A stretch of 49,912 bases of DNA, taken from Vicugna vicugna (Eukaryota). Below the pieces are notes generated by a model. The model made no database searches and had not been told where the DNA came from. It saw only the letters and a list, made by a program, of their open reading frames with translations. Below, piece after piece: positions 47,761 to 49,912 of the stretch. Positions within the stretch are counted from its first letter, which is position 1, and each line of letters starts with the position of its first letter. Location of the stretch: contig MU058451.1 of NCBI GenBank assembly GCA_013265495.1, positions 3,033,305 to 3,083,216 on the forward strand. The letters are read 5' to 3'. Position numbers and translations under genes: made by a program.

Positions 47761-48319
47761 TGCCACATTCTGTGATGTGCTCACAGGCTGTCAGTCTATT
47801 CTCTTGCCCCTGCTGTACTTTGCATGCTTACCACACACAAGGCAAACATTTCTTTTACTCTTCCAGCTATCCTGCTGATTCTGTGTAGTCAGAATCTCCT
47901 TTTAATAATATTTTATCCCTAGTGTTTTGCATAATGTGTTCATGAATAAATTAGTGAATAGTCAGATGATGCTAGAATTTCTGCTTCTGATGATTCAGTT
48001 TTCACTCAACGAAGCTGAGAAATGAACGCGATGTGTTCTTGGGGGCTAAACACAGTCGGGAAGTGTGAATGGCTCCTCTGCTTAGTGTGGGCTGTGTGAT
48101 TTTTATCTGGATTTAACTATACGTAAAATTATTATCTGAAGGGCGACAACCACAAGACATCTTTCTTCTCAACTGGAAAGAACGTATGCTGTTCCCTGTT
48201 TGAATATTAATGTATTTTACTCTTTCTGCTCTTTCTTTTACTCCTTTTCATAATATTAGTTTTTAATATTACCTAAATCCGCAGTCAATAAATACTAACG
48301 TTTAGGCATATAATTGGTA

Positions 48320-49741
48320 GTTCACTGCAGCTCTGCCCAACGGCTAGGCACAGCCTTCACTCCTACCTGAATAAAAAGCCCTGCCAGAGAATCTGAATGG
48401 TTGCAGAGCTGATCCCACAGCTGTGCTCAGGCAGAGAGCCAGGCCAGAAGCCCTAACTGTCGAGCTTGGATTCTGACCCTGCGTAACAAGGGAGCCTAAG
48501 CAGTTACCTGGGGCAGCCTCACATCTCAGGTACCGCCTGGCTGTGGAGCTCAGGCTACAGCGGTGCCCACCACAGAAGCCTGACCTAAAACCTGCTTGAT
48601 TGTTGAACACAGCCTGTGGCCTCACCCAACCAGGGAGCCCTGGCTGATCCTGCCCACCTGTGGAGCAAAGTCTCCAGCCCCACCCAACTGTGGGATACAG
48701 CTGGAGGCCTTATCTGAACAGAGAGCCCGGCCACTGACTTTGCCTAACAGCAGAGCACAGCCAGTGGCTTACCTGATCACAAAGCATAGCCTGTGGCCCC
48801 AACCAAATCTGGGTCACATTCTGCAACACTGCCTGATCACAGAGCACAGCCTGCAGCTCTGTCTGACGAAGCCCTGACTATGGTCCTGCCTGAACACAGA
48901 CTCCAGCTAGTGGCACCATCCAATTGGGCAGCAGAGTCTAAGACCTCACCTGACCAGGAGCAATTCTGGAGTTCCACTTGCATCTCTGTCGAATTGTGGC
49001 TTCTAGCCAGTGGCACTTCCCTGCCAGGGAACATAGCCCGCAACCTCGCCCAACCAGAGGTGCACGTGGAGCCCAGCTAGTGGCCCTACTTGACTAGAGC
49101 ACAGCCAGCTGCCCTGGCAAATCAGAGTCCAACCAGTGGCCCTGCTTGAACACAGAGCCCAGCCGTCAGGCCCACCCAACCGTGGAGCCCAGCCGGCAGC
49201 ACCGCTCTCCACCCTCAACCTCAGAGCACAAGCAGCAGCCTCAACTAAGTGGAGACCCCTATATAAAGCCACACCTACCTGTGGTTGCTACCCGTTGACC
49301 CATCCATATCCCAAGCTGAGCTGACTGGTGAAGGTCTTTCCTTGCTGTAGCAAATCTGCAAGTCGGGAAGAAGAGATAGTTTACATAAATATGCAGATCA
49401 TTACCAGCATACAAGGATCATGAAGAATCGGGTAAACACGATGCCATCAAAGGAAACTAGTAAAGATCCAATAACTGATCTTAAAGGACTGGAAATCTAT
49501 GAAATACTTGAATTCAGAATAATCCTCTTAAAGAAGTTCAGTGAATTACAGGAATGGAAACTAAACAAAACTAGGAGAATAACCCATGAATAAAATAGAA
49601 AGTTCAACAAAGAAATAGAAACCATAAAAAATCAAAAAGAAATACAAGAGCTGAAGAACATAATGACAGCAGATTCAACCAAGCAGAAGGAAAATTAATG
49701 AACTTGAAGATAGGTCATTTGAAATTATCCAGTCAGAGGTA

Positions 49742-49788
<47 letters not shown>

Positions 49789-49912
49789 GAAAAAGACTAC
49801 AGGAATCATGGGATACCATAAATGACATATCATTGGAATCCTAGAGGGAGAAGAGAAAGAGAAAAAGACAGAAAGTCTAAAGCAATAATGGCTGAAAACT
49901 TCCAGAAACTGG
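48320..49912 (+). mobile_element. L1 (L1M2/M3-type) tandem-repeat 5'UTR + ORF1, continues off the right edge
   Basis: GC-rich repeated units (acagagcacagcctgtggccccacccaac-like) in 48320-49330; ORF1-like MKNRVNTMPSKETSKDPITDLKGLEIYE from ~49420; ataatggctgaaaacttcc at the window end. Confidence 0.85.
49743..49774 (+). repeat. Poly(A)32 followed by (GAAAA)n
   Basis: Uninterrupted A run read directly, inside the L1 ORF1 A-rich segment. Confidence 0.9.

Noticed and set aside
48344..49324. CRISPR-like array or repetitive protein gene
   Set aside because: Units are degenerate with no unique spacers, the DNA is mammalian, and the array leads directly into L1 ORF1.

Overview
AT-rich mammalian genomic DNA, most likely from a camelid (alpaca, vicuna or camel). 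The evidence is two copies of a vic-1-type tRNA-derived SINE; I recognised no Bov-A/BovB, PRE-1 or CHR-2 elements. I can support no protein-coding exon: the ORF track is explained by decayed transposon ORFs, GC-rich L1 5'UTRs and chance. The window is intergenic or deep intronic and is dominated by layered transposon fossils: many L1s of different ages (four retaining 5'UTR/ORF1 sequence), L2, MIR, ERV1/ERVL/MaLR solo LTRs and hAT DNA transposons (Zaphod, MER5, MER94). The most notable signal is a ~2.3 kb, heavily decayed, non-L1 non-LTR retrotransposon ORF2 relic on the minus strand (~1880-4240). Its AP-endonuclease and early RT motifs lie in the correct order and spacing, resembling RTE-X (L4/L5). 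Other observations are a near-perfect 173-bp tandem duplication, an inverted and deleted composite L1, and a motif-dense candidate promoter/enhancer followed by a perfect splice donor near 47.4-47.8 kb. All repeat family names come from visual recognition, not a database search.
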